Below are positions 1 through 9,640 of a DNA stretch of 64,000 bases, piece after piece. The position numbers and the translations under genes are program-made. The stretch comes from a virus. Its lineage: Duplodnaviria; Heunggongvirae; Uroviricota; Caudoviricetes. Under the pieces are notes generated by a model. It ran no database searches. It was not told where the DNA came from and worked only from the letters and a program-made list of their open reading frames with translations. The number at the start of each line of letters is the position of its first letter. The first letter of the stretch is position 1. The stretch lies in the IMG/VR virus record IMGVR_UViG_3300020200_002792; one strand, given 5' to 3'.

Positions 1-322
1 CATCTGTAATTATGAAGACTGCTTTTGGATAGGCACACTTATCTTCTTTCATTACCTTTTGGATATGTGCTTCTATGATTCCAAAATTTGTGCCACCACC
101 ACCATATATTTTTCTTGAAATCAAAGTAGTCTCTCTGACTTGTGTATCAAAACAAAATAATCTTACATTGAAATTTTTAGGCAAAGATAAAGCTGCTTTG
201 AAAAACCTATTTTTGTAACCAATGCACGAACCACTTGTATCCAAAAAGAAAAATACTTCTATTTTAGTCTTATCTAACGCATCTTCTTCCATCTCAGATG
301 GCAACACTAAGTCTTGAGACAT
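1..322 (-). CDS. VWA (von Willebrand A) domain protein, N-terminal part; runs off the window start
   Basis: Own translation of the minus strand from ATG at 320-322: MSQDLVLPSEMEEDALDKTKIEVFFFLDTSGSCIGY...YGGGGTNFGIIEAH...KAVFIITDG. MIDAS-like DxSGS, GGGT and ITDG motifs. Not in the ORF track because it is truncated by the window edge. Confidence 0.5.
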   Translation of the reverse strand, partial: MSQDLVLPSEMEEDALDKTKIEVFFFLDTSGSCIGYKNRFFKAALSLPKNFNVRLFCFDTQVRETTLISRKIYGGGGTNFGIIEAHIQKVMKEDKCAYPKAVFIITD

Positions 323-373
323 GCCAACAAATCGCCTATTAAGCCTAGCCCACTGTTCTATTTCTTTGTGATC

Positions 374-1117
374 CTATTTTAATTCCTTAAATGCCCATTT
401 CTTTATTATAGTTTCCCACTTCTTTTTTGGTTTTACAGCAGTAACATCAACAAAAGTCCAGCCACCCGATCCAGTGCTAGCCTGTGCATTATTCTTTTCC
501 ACTAAGCCCCTCAAAGAATTCTTTTCTTGTGGGGTTAATTCTTTATCTAGCTTGTCAATAACTTCATCCGAATCTGGAAGTGTATCGTGCAAGTCTACAG
601 TATGCAATCCAGCAGGTATTTTGGGCAATAAATTGTAGTAAAATTCAAATGACTCATTAGTTGGCAATCCAGGCTTATCCTTGAATACTGTATCAACCCA
701 ACAAAGTTCATTGCTGTTTTTTATTTTCAACCTATCAAAGCCAAAATTGTTAACTAAGGCATGGTTCACTACAATATCTAAGGTAACATTTTTGGCTTCT
801 GTAACCTGCCCACCAATGCGTTTGCCATGATTTAAAATTACATGTAGACATTCATGGGCAATTACAAATAAGCGTTCATATGGAGTTTTTTCTTCCCAGA
901 ACTTAGGATTAAATAAAAATTCTAGGAATTCGCCCTGCTTGTTGAAACGTACTGCTGCTGTTTCAATACTATCAGTGAAAATAGGACGCCCCATCAGCCA
1001 ACATTGGTAAAAAATGGCGTGATGGATTTCCAAATCTTGACTGATGCCGATCCAGTCTTCTTTTGTTATATCCATTAGAATAAAATGTATCCAGCATTCT
1101 TCATTTTGTCCATGCAA
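374..1117 (-). CDS. DUF2201_N-like putative zinc metallopeptidase domain protein
   Basis: HExxH in a conserved context (VIAHECLHVILNHG). It sits between a MoxR-type AAA ATPase and a VWA ORF, as in MoxR-VWA(DUF2201) systems. Confidence 0.5.
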   Translation of the reverse strand: MHGQNEECWIHFILMDITKEDWIGISQDLEIHHAIFYQCWLMGRPIFTDSIETAAVRFNKQGEFLEFLFNPKFWEEKTPYERLFVIAHECLHVILNHGKRIGGQVTEAKNVTLDIVVNHALVNNFGFDRLKIKNSNELCWVDTVFKDKPGLPTNESFEFYYNLLPKIPAGLHTVDLHDTLPDSDEVIDKLDKELTPQEKNSLRGLVEKNNAQASTGSGGWTFVDVTAVKPKKKWETIIKKWAFKELK

Positions 1118-2484
1118 TAATCATAATGTTTGTAGAATGGTAACATACCTGATGCAGTGAAAAGCTTTTTAAATTCACTTTCACTTAATAAAGCGGAACC
1201 TGATGTAGAAATAGTTTGGCAACGGATATTATCTATCAATGTTTTAGCTAATGGGCATAATGCTGCTGTTTTTCTTTTTAAATATTTTTCACTGGTGCTT
1301 TTGACACATTTCATAAAAATTAGAAATGCGTCTTGAGCTTCTATTAAACTCATATTTGCTGGATAGGATGCAACTAATGTGTCAAAAATTGCCCGCCTAT
1401 GTTGGGTAGTAGTTGTAATTGCTGACTTTAATTGCGATATAGTGGTTGCCCATTTTGATGCTTTGTGTTTATCAAAATAAGTAGAAGGCATCGCTTTTTT
1501 AATTTTAAATATCAAAGAATTGTTGGTATTAGCATCGATTATTTCTTTGATTAGATCATTGTAGCACTTTGATGTCGCCTTTTTTTCTGATTCTAAAATA
1601 AATTCCCTGATTTTATTATTAGCTGAAAATAAACAAGATAGTTTTTCTTTTGGTATTAAAGGTAAAAAGAATTCCATCCAACTGCGATGAAATTCTAATT
1701 TGCATGAAGTAAAATTGTTTTCAATAGCCAAAAATTGTCTCGCCGCCTCGGTATTTTTATCTTCTATGAATTTCCAAAGCTTGTCATCTACAGGACCATT
1801 TTTCAAAACACTAAGAAGACTGCCTGGATTGCAACCCTTTGGCAGAACGTCCCTTACATCTCCACCTAAGTTAAACATTTTTAAAGCATAATCAAGCGTT
1901 CTTGGATCAACTAATTTTTTAATTTCAGCAGGAAGTTTTTGCCACCATGCAACAGCAGAATTTGCCAATGATGCGTTGTACGCTTGTGTAAAATAAGCTT
2001 TAGATGGTTCAGAAGGAACATTGAATTTTACATGAAATCTACCTTTTTGAGCCGGGTCTAATTCCTCTACTTGGTACTCTTCAGTATCCTCTGGATTGAT
2101 CGCCGCCCAAACAACTTTGAGATTGTTAAATTTTCTGCCGTTGATGGATTTAAATTGAATTAATTCCATTACGGCGTTACGGACTTTCTTTTGACTTCTG
2201 TTAAATTCATCAAAAAATAGTGCATCAATGTTATCGTCACGAAGTTCTTTGGGTAAAACTAGTTCCAAATAACCACCTTTGTCATCTTTGGCTTCCTTTG
2301 GGATTCCAATAAAATCTACCCAAGGGTCCATTGTTGAGGCACTGAAGTATTTGTATTTTAACTTTGCTCGTCCAAAAGCTGCTAAAACACGACTAGTCTT
2401 TCCTACCCCATGCGGCCCTATTAGCAGCACGTTGAGGTTATTAGCAAGCCAAAAATCTAATTTTTCGTCTCTGAGTTCAGCCAT
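1075..2484 (-). CDS. MoxR/AAA_5-family ATPase with a ~250 aa C-terminal extension
   Basis: Walker A LLIGPHGVGKTS; Walker B ALFFDEFNR; sensor-like NLKVVWAAINP. AAA_5 architecture. Confidence 0.7.
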   Translation of the reverse strand: MAELRDEKLDFWLANNLNVLLIGPHGVGKTSRVLAAFGRAKLKYKYFSASTMDPWVDFIGIPKEAKDDKGGYLELVLPKELRDDNIDALFFDEFNRSQKKVRNAVMELIQFKSINGRKFNNLKVVWAAINPEDTEEYQVEELDPAQKGRFHVKFNVPSEPSKAYFTQAYNASLANSAVAWWQKLPAEIKKLVDPRTLDYALKMFNLGGDVRDVLPKGCNPGSLLSVLKNGPVDDKLWKFIEDKNTEAARQFLAIENNFTSCKLEFHRSWMEFFLPLIPKEKLSCLFSANNKIREFILESEKKATSKCYNDLIKEIIDANTNNSLIFKIKKAMPSTYFDKHKASKWATTISQLKSAITTTTQHRRAIFDTLVASYPANMSLIEAQDAFLIFMKCVKSTSEKYLKRKTAALCPLAKTLIDNIRCQTISTSGSALLSESEFKKLFTASGMLPFYKHYDYCMDKMKNAGYILF

Positions 2485-2490
2485 AGAATT

Positions 2491-2889
2491 TTAAAGTAAC
2501 GAAATTTGTTTTAAGTTGATTGGTTTTACAAAAATTATATTTCGGTTATCTCTATGATGTTTTCGATGACAATTACAACAAATTAGTTCACATTTAGACA
2601 TTTCTGCAAGTATTTTTTCTTTGGGTGCGCAATCACTTAGTAGTCTAGAAATTTCATATAATTTTTCACTTTCATTTGTATGATGAAAATCCAAACAAGC
2701 AATATCACGTTCACCACATCTTTCGCATCCTCCTATTAATAATTTAATTTGATTAACCCATTCTTTTAATCGCTTTTTCTTAAGTTTTATTCTTTGGAGT
2801 TCTTCTTTTCTATATGCCGGGTCTTTTCTGTGATTCTTTTGATAAGCTCGCAAATATTCTTTTTGCTTTTCTTTGTCTTTGTAGCCCAT
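2491..2889 (-). CDS. HNH endonuclease, small stand-alone
   Basis: CERCGERD...LDFHH...N...CELICCNCHRKHH: a zinc-knuckle HNH motif. Confidence 0.6.
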   Translation of the reverse strand: MGYKDKEKQKEYLRAYQKNHRKDPAYRKEELQRIKLKKKRLKEWVNQIKLLIGGCERCGERDIACLDFHHTNESEKLYEISRLLSDCAPKEKILAEMSKCELICCNCHRKHHRDNRNIIFVKPINLKQISLL

Positions 2890-2980
2890 TGATTCTCCGA
2901 GTTTACTAGTTTAATAAGATAGTAAACTCAAATAATTTTTATCTATCCATCTCCATTGTATCAAGTTTTTTTTGTTTTGT

Positions 2981-3235
2981 CTATTGATAATTCGCTGCAC
3001 CACTATAAAGTGCATCTCTATTTGGTTTGTAATAAAACATAGCATCATTTATAAAAGAATCAATTTCTTTTTCTAATCTATTAAAAATTGCATTCGCATC
3101 TTGCCCAATTTTAATTTTATTTAGAGCATCTTGTAGTTTAGCATGGATCATTTTTTTAGCATTCTCTATTTCCCACTGAAATGCTTGTGCTTCTTGATTT
3201 TCCTGCATTTCATTATAAAATTGTAAAAAGCTCAT
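2981..3235 (-). CDS. hypothetical protein; weak member of the capsid-targeting N-terminus family
   Basis: Starts MSFLQFYNEMQE, loosely like the shared M-x-x-F-x-[EQ]-[YWF]-[LI]...E signature. Confidence 0.3.
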   Translation of the reverse strand: MSFLQFYNEMQENQEAQAFQWEIENAKKMIHAKLQDALNKIKIGQDANAIFNRLEKEIDSFINDAMFYYKPNRDALYSGAANYQ

Positions 3236-3452
3236 GTTTTATTTACCCGTTGACAAACAAAAAAACTAAAATATAATAAGACTATGATAGGCAAACGAGT
3301 CTCATTTTGGGAAGATTTAGGCCATAAACGCTGCATGGTCATCGAAGTAGAGTATTCTGGGGCTATTACCTCTTTGCAGGGGACAAATGCCCAAATTGCC
3401 GTAGATTTTGTAGACGGCATGAACATTGATCCTCCTGTTCTAAAAACTAAAT

Positions 3453-4049
3453 CTATTTCTGATTTACAATTCTAGGATTAAACTTATTCACTAAATTTCT
3501 TGGAACGTCAAATATTCTAGCACTACCTAGACCGTAATGGACATTTATCATGTTGGGGTTCGGGTTCTTGTCGTCAGCGTTTATGTAATTCCAAGGCACA
3601 GCTATACTGATGACTGTAGGATTTTGATTTTTTATTTGTGCTTGTCCTCTTGCTACCTGAGCCGCTGTTGCCATATTATCTGAAAAGGACTGATATGCAG
3701 ATTTCCATTCTGGATCATAATTACCAGCTATACCTCTGTAAAGTTTAAGATTATTTTGGTTAGCATGAGCATTTATAGCATTTAAATCTACTCCTTGTTG
3801 TTGTGGCTTATTTTGTATTTTTTGCATTATAGCTTGGGCAAATTGGGAACTCATCTGAACAGTTATGCCTACTGGATTGCCTTTGCGAAATACTTGCCAG
3901 TAATTGCCTTGAATTTGTTTTATACTAGCAATTGGTCCCATTTTTCGGCCATCTTGAAATTTAAGATATGTTCCATCTGGACCCCTATCTATTACATTCG
4001 CAACAAGTCCCTGAGTTTCTTCTAGAAATAACCATTGTTTGAATCGCAT
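3453..4049 (-). CDS. hypothetical protein with T4-CTS-like N-terminus
   Basis: Starts MRFKQWLFLEE. No other recognisable domain. Confidence 0.4.
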   Translation of the reverse strand: MRFKQWLFLEETQGLVANVIDRGPDGTYLKFQDGRKMGPIASIKQIQGNYWQVFRKGNPVGITVQMSSQFAQAIMQKIQNKPQQQGVDLNAINAHANQNNLKLYRGIAGNYDPEWKSAYQSFSDNMATAAQVARGQAQIKNQNPTVISIAVPWNYINADDKNPNPNMINVHYGLGSARIFDVPRNLVNKFNPRIVNQK

Positions 4050-4118
4050 TCATTATTTATTTTATTTTAAAATTAATTTCGTTGACAAAACTTGAAGCGT
4101 TTTAAATTATATATTGCA

Positions 4119-4592
4119 ATGAAAACATTCATGCAATACATAGAGGAGTCAAATCCTGTCCTTGATAAAATGTCTGGTTACTTAAATCAATTAGCGGCAA
4201 ATTTTCAATTAATTGCTCATCAAACAATGGACACCATTGCTCCTTCTATCATGAAAACTGGCTTTGGCAAAAGTGGATTGTATGGTACTAGCCTTTTGGT
4301 TAATCCACAAAGTATTATTCAAACAGCATCCACTATGTTTAGTGGCGATGGCGTGGCTCAAATTCACAAAGGAGCTAATTCTCTAGTTGTACTAGCATTT
4401 CCTAAACAAATTATCCAAAAATACAATCTCAAAGACATGAGAGATATTGACGACCACCTAATGGAATTATACTCTCAAGGCAGAATACCAATCTTTGGTT
4501 TGCCTAGTAAATATATTGTTGGCTATTTTGCCAACAGACAATTTTTTGCCAACGGACAATTTAACCCAGATATAAAATTATTGATGATTTGA
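4119..4592 (+). CDS. hypothetical protein with T4-CTS-like N-terminus (start at the internal Met of ORF 4092..4592)
   Basis: MKTFMQYIEE aligns residue-for-residue with the T4 internal-protein capsid targeting sequence MKTYQEFIAE. Confidence 0.45.
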   Translation: MKTFMQYIEESNPVLDKMSGYLNQLAANFQLIAHQTMDTIAPSIMKTGFGKSGLYGTSLLVNPQSIIQTASTMFSGDGVAQIHKGANSLVVLAFPKQIIQKYNLKDMRDIDDHLMELYSQGRIPIFGLPSKYIVGYFANRQFFANGQFNPDIKLLMI

Positions 4593-4927
4593 TTCCTTCA
4601 ACCAACTCTTCTGCCTGTACCTTCCAATGTTCTTTCAATTGGTCTTTAAATGACACACAATCATCTACGAACTCATTACATATACTTTTGTCGCCAAAAA
4701 TAACACCTATCGCCATTATTATATACCTAATGAAAATTACATGCAAAGCAAATAATAAAATGCAAATAATCTCAACCATTAGCTGCCTCTATTTCGGATT
4801 CTTCTTCACTTATAATGGTTACGGGCGGGCAATTCTCTTCGTAAAAGACTGAAACAATAAATTACTTGAATCCTTTCTGGCAACACACCAACTGTAGGGC
4901 TACGACTCCCATGCTAGTGGATGGTAA

Positions 4928-6052
4928 ATGTCTAAAGCTTTTATTACTGTTGGTCCTGAAGGTAAAAGCCATACCTTTTCTCAATTCGGCTCAGGTACAC
5001 TTGCAAATGTGCCAACCTACTTAGGCCCTAATGTCGTAGTTTGGCCAGAAGCACTCCTTAAAGAAGCCCAGCACTTGCTAGAAATTGGCCTCAGTTATCC
5101 ATTAAAGAGCGTATCTATTGATTCTAAATGCCTTATTACGACTGCATATCATAGAGCATTAAATAGATTAAGAGAAATAAAACGTGGGTTCGTTAGACAT
5201 GGCTCTTGTGGACACGGAATTGCTGAAACAAGAAAATATTGGCTTAAATACAACCAAGATTCTATTTTCGCAAAAGACCTTAAATTTCCTCATGTTCTAG
5301 AAGAAAAATTAAATCTGATCCGCCAAAGAATATTACTTGAAATACAGGAAATACAATTATCTCAAACAGAATCTGTAACAGAACAACTTGAAGTTTTTGA
5401 CTTGCCAATTAAAAAAATGGCAAAAAAACTATGGCAAACTAATTTAAAGATCGTAGAACAAATACCAAATTACAGGACAGCAGTATTTGAAGGTGCCCAA
5501 GGCGTTCTTCTGGATGAATGGTTTGGATTTTTTCCTTATGTAACCAGATCAACTGTAACTTCCAAACATGCTCATGAATTAATTACAGAAGGAGATGAAG
5601 TTACAACTATAGGTTGTATCAGACCTTATGCCACAAAACATGGAGCAGGCCCGCTTCCTAATGAAGATAAAGAATTAACAAAACATGTAAATGACACTGG
5701 TAATCCCTGGAATCAATGGCAAGAAAATTTCAGAACAGGATGGTTAGACCTGGGGTTACTTAAATATGCTCTTGATATAGAAAAAGTTGATTGCTTGGCG
5801 GTTAGCTGTATTGACCATTTAGAAAATTATCAAGAAACTCGTCTTTATGATGGTGCCTTCGATTTCAGTAAGCCAAAGTATAATATAAGGTTAATGGAAT
5901 CAAACACAGAAATATTAAAATCAACAAGACATAAGGGACATTTTATAGCCTTAGATGAATTACTAGAAAGAATAGCAATTGTCCCTATTGGCATCGAAGG
6001 AAGAGGTCCAACCTGGAAAGATAGGAAATCTAATGTATACCAAAACTTGTAA
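4928..6052 (+). CDS. adenylosuccinate synthetase family protein (PurA/PurZ-like) with degenerate N-terminal catalytic motifs
   Basis: FEGAQGVLLD...FPYVTRSTVTS (PurA GAQG...TYPYVTSS), HGAGPLPNE (VGAGPFPTE), RTGWLD. The GDEGKGK P-loop is GPEGKSH, the GGHNAGH block is absent, and IGTTGRGIGP is HGSCGHGIAE. 374 aa versus ~430 for PurA. Confidence 0.55.
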   Translation: MSKAFITVGPEGKSHTFSQFGSGTLANVPTYLGPNVVVWPEALLKEAQHLLEIGLSYPLKSVSIDSKCLITTAYHRALNRLREIKRGFVRHGSCGHGIAETRKYWLKYNQDSIFAKDLKFPHVLEEKLNLIRQRILLEIQEIQLSQTESVTEQLEVFDLPIKKMAKKLWQTNLKIVEQIPNYRTAVFEGAQGVLLDEWFGFFPYVTRSTVTSKHAHELITEGDEVTTIGCIRPYATKHGAGPLPNEDKELTKHVNDTGNPWNQWQENFRTGWLDLGLLKYALDIEKVDCLAVSCIDHLENYQETRLYDGAFDFSKPKYNIRLMESNTEILKSTRHKGHFIALDELLERIAIVPIGIEGRGPTWKDRKSNVYQNL

Positions 6053-6260
6053 TGAAAATGGAAGAATAATTTACGAAAAATATCAAAGCTGGTATGATGT
6101 ACTCCTGGATGGATATAAAATGAGTCTAATGTTCATCCTTGTAGGAATGATAGGTTTAGCCATAACTCCAATTATGGTAATAATCAATTTTTATAGACCT
6201 AAATGTATAGGCTCTGGGTCTGTAAAACCACAAACGGATCATGAATATCATTGTTTATGA
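6036..6260 (+). CDS. small hydrophobic protein (questionable)
   Basis: Internal Met of ORF 5979..6260. Hydrophobic stretch LMFILVGMIGLAITPIMVIINF. Fills the PurA-like/MetRS gap. Confidence 0.25.
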   Translation, partial: YTKTCNENGRIIYEKYQSWYDVLLDGYKMSLMFILVGMIGLAITPIMVIINFYRPKCIGSGSVKPQTDHEYHCL

Positions 6261-7783
6261 GCAAATTTTTTCTTACTACAGCTATTGATTATCCAAATAG
6301 TCTACCCCATATCGGTACTGCCTTTGAAAAAATTGGTGCTTATGTTCAGGCTAGATATCGTCGTTTCAAAGGCGATGATGTATTTTTCCTAATGGGGAAT
6401 GATGAAAATACATGGAAGGTTGCCAAACGTGCTAATGAATTAGGAGAAGAACCTAAAGCATATGTTGATCGCATGGCTTTAGAATTTAAGAAAACTTGGA
6501 ACGCCCTTAATATATCTTATGATGATTTTATTCAAACTACCGAAAAAAGACATATTCAAGGAGTAGACTTTTTTCTGAGACGTGTTATTGATCAAGGATT
6601 CGTTTATAAAAAACAATATAAAGGACTTTATTGTGAAGGTTGCGAAGCCTTTAAAACCACAAAAGAAATTGAAGAAGGCCATTGTATAAATCATAAAAAT
6701 CAAGAACTTAAAGAAATAGAAGAAGAGAATTATTTTTTCAAGCTAAGTGAATTTAAACAACCTTTAATTGATTTGTTGACTTCAAAGCAATTATTAATAC
6801 AGCCGGAATCTCGTTACAACGAAATCATGTCTGTCCTTAATGATGACCTAGAAGATATTTCAATAAGCAGGCGAAATCTAGGATGGGGGATACCTTTTCC
6901 TGGTGATCCTAGCCAGGTCGTCTATGTCTGGTTTGATGCATTGCTTAATTACATGACAGGTTGCGGTTATCCTAATAAGTCTGAATGGTGGCCTGCTGAT
7001 ATTCATTTTATTGGCAAGGATATCACTCGCTTTCATTGTTTGATCTGGCCAGCAATGATCTTAGCTTACAATACCAAATCACCTGAAATAGCACAGCCAA
7101 AGGCAGTCTTTGCTCATGGTTTTGTTAAGAACAGGGGCACAAAAATAGGCAAATCTACAGGTAATTTTGTAGACCCGCTTGAAATTGTTAAGGAATTTGG
7201 TTGTGATGCTTATCGTTACTACTTCCTAAGCCGCTGTGATTATGGAAGCGATGGCGAATATGACCGTAAACACTTCATTGAAGTTTATAACGCAGATTTA
7301 GCAAATAATTTAGGAAATCTCCTCAGTCGTGTTATTAGCATGACAATTAAATACTTTAAAGGAGATATAAGTATATCTAACTATAAACCACGTAACATAA
7401 GTGGTTGTGATGATTACTGCAAAAACATAGAAGAATGCGAATATAAAGTTGTGCTGGAAAAAATCTGGCATATATTTAGTCTTATGAATGCTTACGTTGA
7501 TGAAAATAAACCTTGGGCACTAATCAAGGAAGATAAACAAAAAACAGCAGGTGTTTTATGTGAGCTAATAAATGGATTGCGATTAATGGCTATCCTTCTA
7601 AAACCTTTCCTACCAGATACGTCTCGTAAAATATATGAATCATTTAACTTTGGATATCCTTGGAGAAAATTAACATTAGATTCTTTTTCTTCAGACTATA
7701 ATTCAAGTAATAACATTAACATAATTGCTGTGGATAAACCATCTTCTTTATTCCCAAAATATGAAATAGAAACAGCTATATAA
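6251..7783 (+). CDS. metG: methionyl-tRNA synthetase catalytic core; no C-terminal tRNA-binding extension
   Basis: HIGH-type motif YPNSLPHIGTAFE; zinc knuckles CEGCE...GHCINH; KMSKS-type KIGKSTGN; WPADIHFIGKDI. Confidence 0.8.
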   Translation: MFMSKFFLTTAIDYPNSLPHIGTAFEKIGAYVQARYRRFKGDDVFFLMGNDENTWKVAKRANELGEEPKAYVDRMALEFKKTWNALNISYDDFIQTTEKRHIQGVDFFLRRVIDQGFVYKKQYKGLYCEGCEAFKTTKEIEEGHCINHKNQELKEIEEENYFFKLSEFKQPLIDLLTSKQLLIQPESRYNEIMSVLNDDLEDISISRRNLGWGIPFPGDPSQVVYVWFDALLNYMTGCGYPNKSEWWPADIHFIGKDITRFHCLIWPAMILAYNTKSPEIAQPKAVFAHGFVKNRGTKIGKSTGNFVDPLEIVKEFGCDAYRYYFLSRCDYGSDGEYDRKHFIEVYNADLANNLGNLLSRVISMTIKYFKGDISISNYKPRNISGCDDYCKNIEECEYKVVLEKIWHIFSLMNAYVDENKPWALIKEDKQKTAGVLCELINGLRLMAILLKPFLPDTSRKIYESFNFGYPWRKLTLDSFSSDYNSSNNINIIAVDKPSSLFPKYEIETAI

Positions 7784-7833
7784 TGCATGCTGACTTTTTC
7801 AGCCAATAATTAATCATAATACTAATATAGTTT

Positions 7834-8013
7834 ATGACCTTAGCTTTACATTTAGTGGAATTATACGATTCAGGAGCGATAACTGAATATGAGTTGTATG
7901 CAAGGGCGAGAGAAAAGGGATGTTGGATGGATTTACCAAAAGCTTATAGAAAAGAATATGAGAAGTGGGATAAGGAGCATCCAGCGGACAAATGTTTTTC
8001 AATAGAGGCATAA
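7834..8013 (+). CDS. small hypothetical protein (59 aa)
   Basis: Own translation MTLALHLVELYDSGAITEYELYARAREKGCWMDLPKAYRKEYEKWDKEHPADKCFSIEA. Lies in an otherwise empty 290-bp gap. Confidence 0.25.
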   Translation: MTLALHLVELYDSGAITEYELYARAREKGCWMDLPKAYRKEYEKWDKEHPADKCFSIEA

Positions 8014-8077
8014 AATGAAAGAACAATTTAAGTTTGAGGCTGTTTTTCCAGGTGGTGTGATTAATCCTGTATGAATA

Positions 8078-9544
8078 TCAACCTTCTTGGGCGGTGGGAT
8101 AGTCTAAAACAAACCTCATTTGCCCTGCATCCCAGATTCTGTCATATCCATTTAGTTGCATGATTTCCCATTCTTTCAAATTTTTGTCATAAAATGGCAT
8201 GCTAATAAGATTCTTTTTTTGAAAACTTAGCCTACTGTGCATTGTATTGTTTCTTATATTAAAGTATGAAAAACTAGGGCGGCTCACTCCATCAAACTTA
8301 AATCCAATAGCTTTGTATAACTTTCCTTGTGAATAACGTCTGTCAGCGTAAGTAATGATGCTGCCTTTATATTTAGTCCTAAAATGATTTAAAAGTTTAC
8401 TTGCACCACCAACTACAGATGTGAAATTTTTAGTGCAGAATCTAATCATTTCATATTTGTAACTTCTGTTAAAACGACTCCCATCAAATGTCATGCAAGC
8501 AACAATATTGCCATTATACTCTAATCCATATTTTATTTTGGCGTTGTCTGGACCTTGAATGTGATTTATTGTTAAAAACTCTTCCGTTTCATACCTTTTT
8601 AATTCAACAATTTTTGTCTTTCTTGCATAAATTTTATTGCTTTTGCCCAATAAGTTAATTACTTTAGACTTGATTATGTCTTTTTTATCTTCCCATTCTG
8701 TACTGTATATTTGCACTAAATTTATATTTTTTCCCAAGGCTGCATTGCATTTGTTATAATGATACTTTCTGCCTCTTACTGTTTCTAAATGCCAATATAT
8801 TCCATGATATTCAAATCCCAAATTTAGTTCTGGAAGGTAAATATCAATTTCTTTATCTTCTAATATTTTCCTATCATTTTGCAGTATCGTTCCATTATAA
8901 TTTTCTTTAATGTATTCGTATATTTCTTTCTGTGGTTGAGAAATTTTTATTATGGCCCCACATGAAGGACAACCATTCTTTAAATGAATGTGATTCCCGG
9001 CTCTTTGTTCAAAATCTCCATGAATCGGGCATGTTATAATTATTTTATCTGACATCCTAACGAAAACTGTTTTTGCATAACTATATTTGTTTTCATGGAT
9101 GACATTAGCTATATTGATGAGAGATGTTAGTGAATGTTTGCTTATTCCTCTGCCATTACAGAATTGGCATCCGTGCTTTAAATGTTGAGTTGGCAATTGA
9201 TGCTGGATACCGTGCTTTTCGCAAATGTATTTAATTTTAGTTTGTTTATTTTTATATTCGGTAATTGAATAATTATACTTGTTTCCCCATTTATCTTTTG
9301 CTTGATTTATAAATTGCTCATTAGTTTTTTGTAATGGGTGTTTTCTTTTTTCAATTCCACATTTATAACACCCTTGTTTTTGGTGTATATGTGCATAAGG
9401 CAATATTTCAAAAATGCCATGTTTACATTTTATTTTAACTTTGGTATGTGCGTTAACGTATTCAGTTAAACTATAATCGTAAACAGAGCCATGCACCGCT
9501 ATAGCTTCAGAAATAAAAACAGGGGTTGTCTTTTTATTAGACAT
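8078..9544 (-). CDS. homing-endonuclease-like protein: three zinc-ribbon repeats, a Vsr/DUF559-type nuclease core, and an unknown C-terminal domain
   Basis: Three repeats of KxxCxxHGxF...HLxxGCxxCxG. Then LPELNLGFEYHGIYWH...R...NxxK...LGKNINLV, resembling the Vsr/DUF559 restriction-endonuclease-like core. Confidence 0.45.
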   Translation of the reverse strand: MSNKKTTPVFISEAIAVHGSVYDYSLTEYVNAHTKVKIKCKHGIFEILPYAHIHQKQGCYKCGIEKRKHPLQKTNEQFINQAKDKWGNKYNYSITEYKNKQTKIKYICEKHGIQHQLPTQHLKHGCQFCNGRGISKHSLTSLINIANVIHENKYSYAKTVFVRMSDKIIITCPIHGDFEQRAGNHIHLKNGCPSCGAIIKISQPQKEIYEYIKENYNGTILQNDRKILEDKEIDIYLPELNLGFEYHGIYWHLETVRGRKYHYNKCNAALGKNINLVQIYSTEWEDKKDIIKSKVINLLGKSNKIYARKTKIVELKRYETEEFLTINHIQGPDNAKIKYGLEYNGNIVACMTFDGSRFNRSYKYEMIRFCTKNFTSVVGGASKLLNHFRTKYKGSIITYADRRYSQGKLYKAIGFKFDGVSRPSFSYFNIRNNTMHSRLSFQKKNLISMPFYDKNLKEWEIMQLNGYDRIWDAGQMRFVLDYPTAQEG

Positions 9545-9581
9545 TATTGACTATTTTAGCATTTTTTGTTTAAAAGTCAAT

Positions 9582-9613
9582 AAAAAAGGCATGCCAATTT
9601 GACATGCCTTTTT
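9582..9613 (-). terminator. rho-independent terminator-like hairpin downstream of the major capsid gene
   Basis: Perfect 11-12 bp stem aaaaaaggcatg / catgcctttttt with a 9-nt loop and flanking T/A runs. Lies between two minus-strand genes. Confidence 0.5.
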
Positions 9614-9640
9614 AATTAGTTGTTAAAAAAAATTATCTGC

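Noticed and set aside
1700-2494. Plus-strand ORFs 1700..1891 and 2279..2494 inside the AAA ATPase gene
   Set aside because: Antisense to a well-supported gene, low complexity, no motifs. Typical spurious ORFs in AT-rich DNA. The same applies to 3795..4025, 6479..6703, 9849..10073, 10570..10776, 11162..12094 (antisense set), 17123..18598 (antisense set), 21042..21454, 22887..23102, 24241..25079, 26480..26753, 27113..27325, 31097..31553, 32193..33288 (antisense set), 37849..38418, 39512..40207, 40982..41173, 41252..42468, 43535..43741, 45280..46911, 47427..47630, 48067..48630, 49582..49881, 52391..52697, 53743..53946, 54748..54966, 55958..56890, 57639..58320, 58653..60085, 63107..63313.
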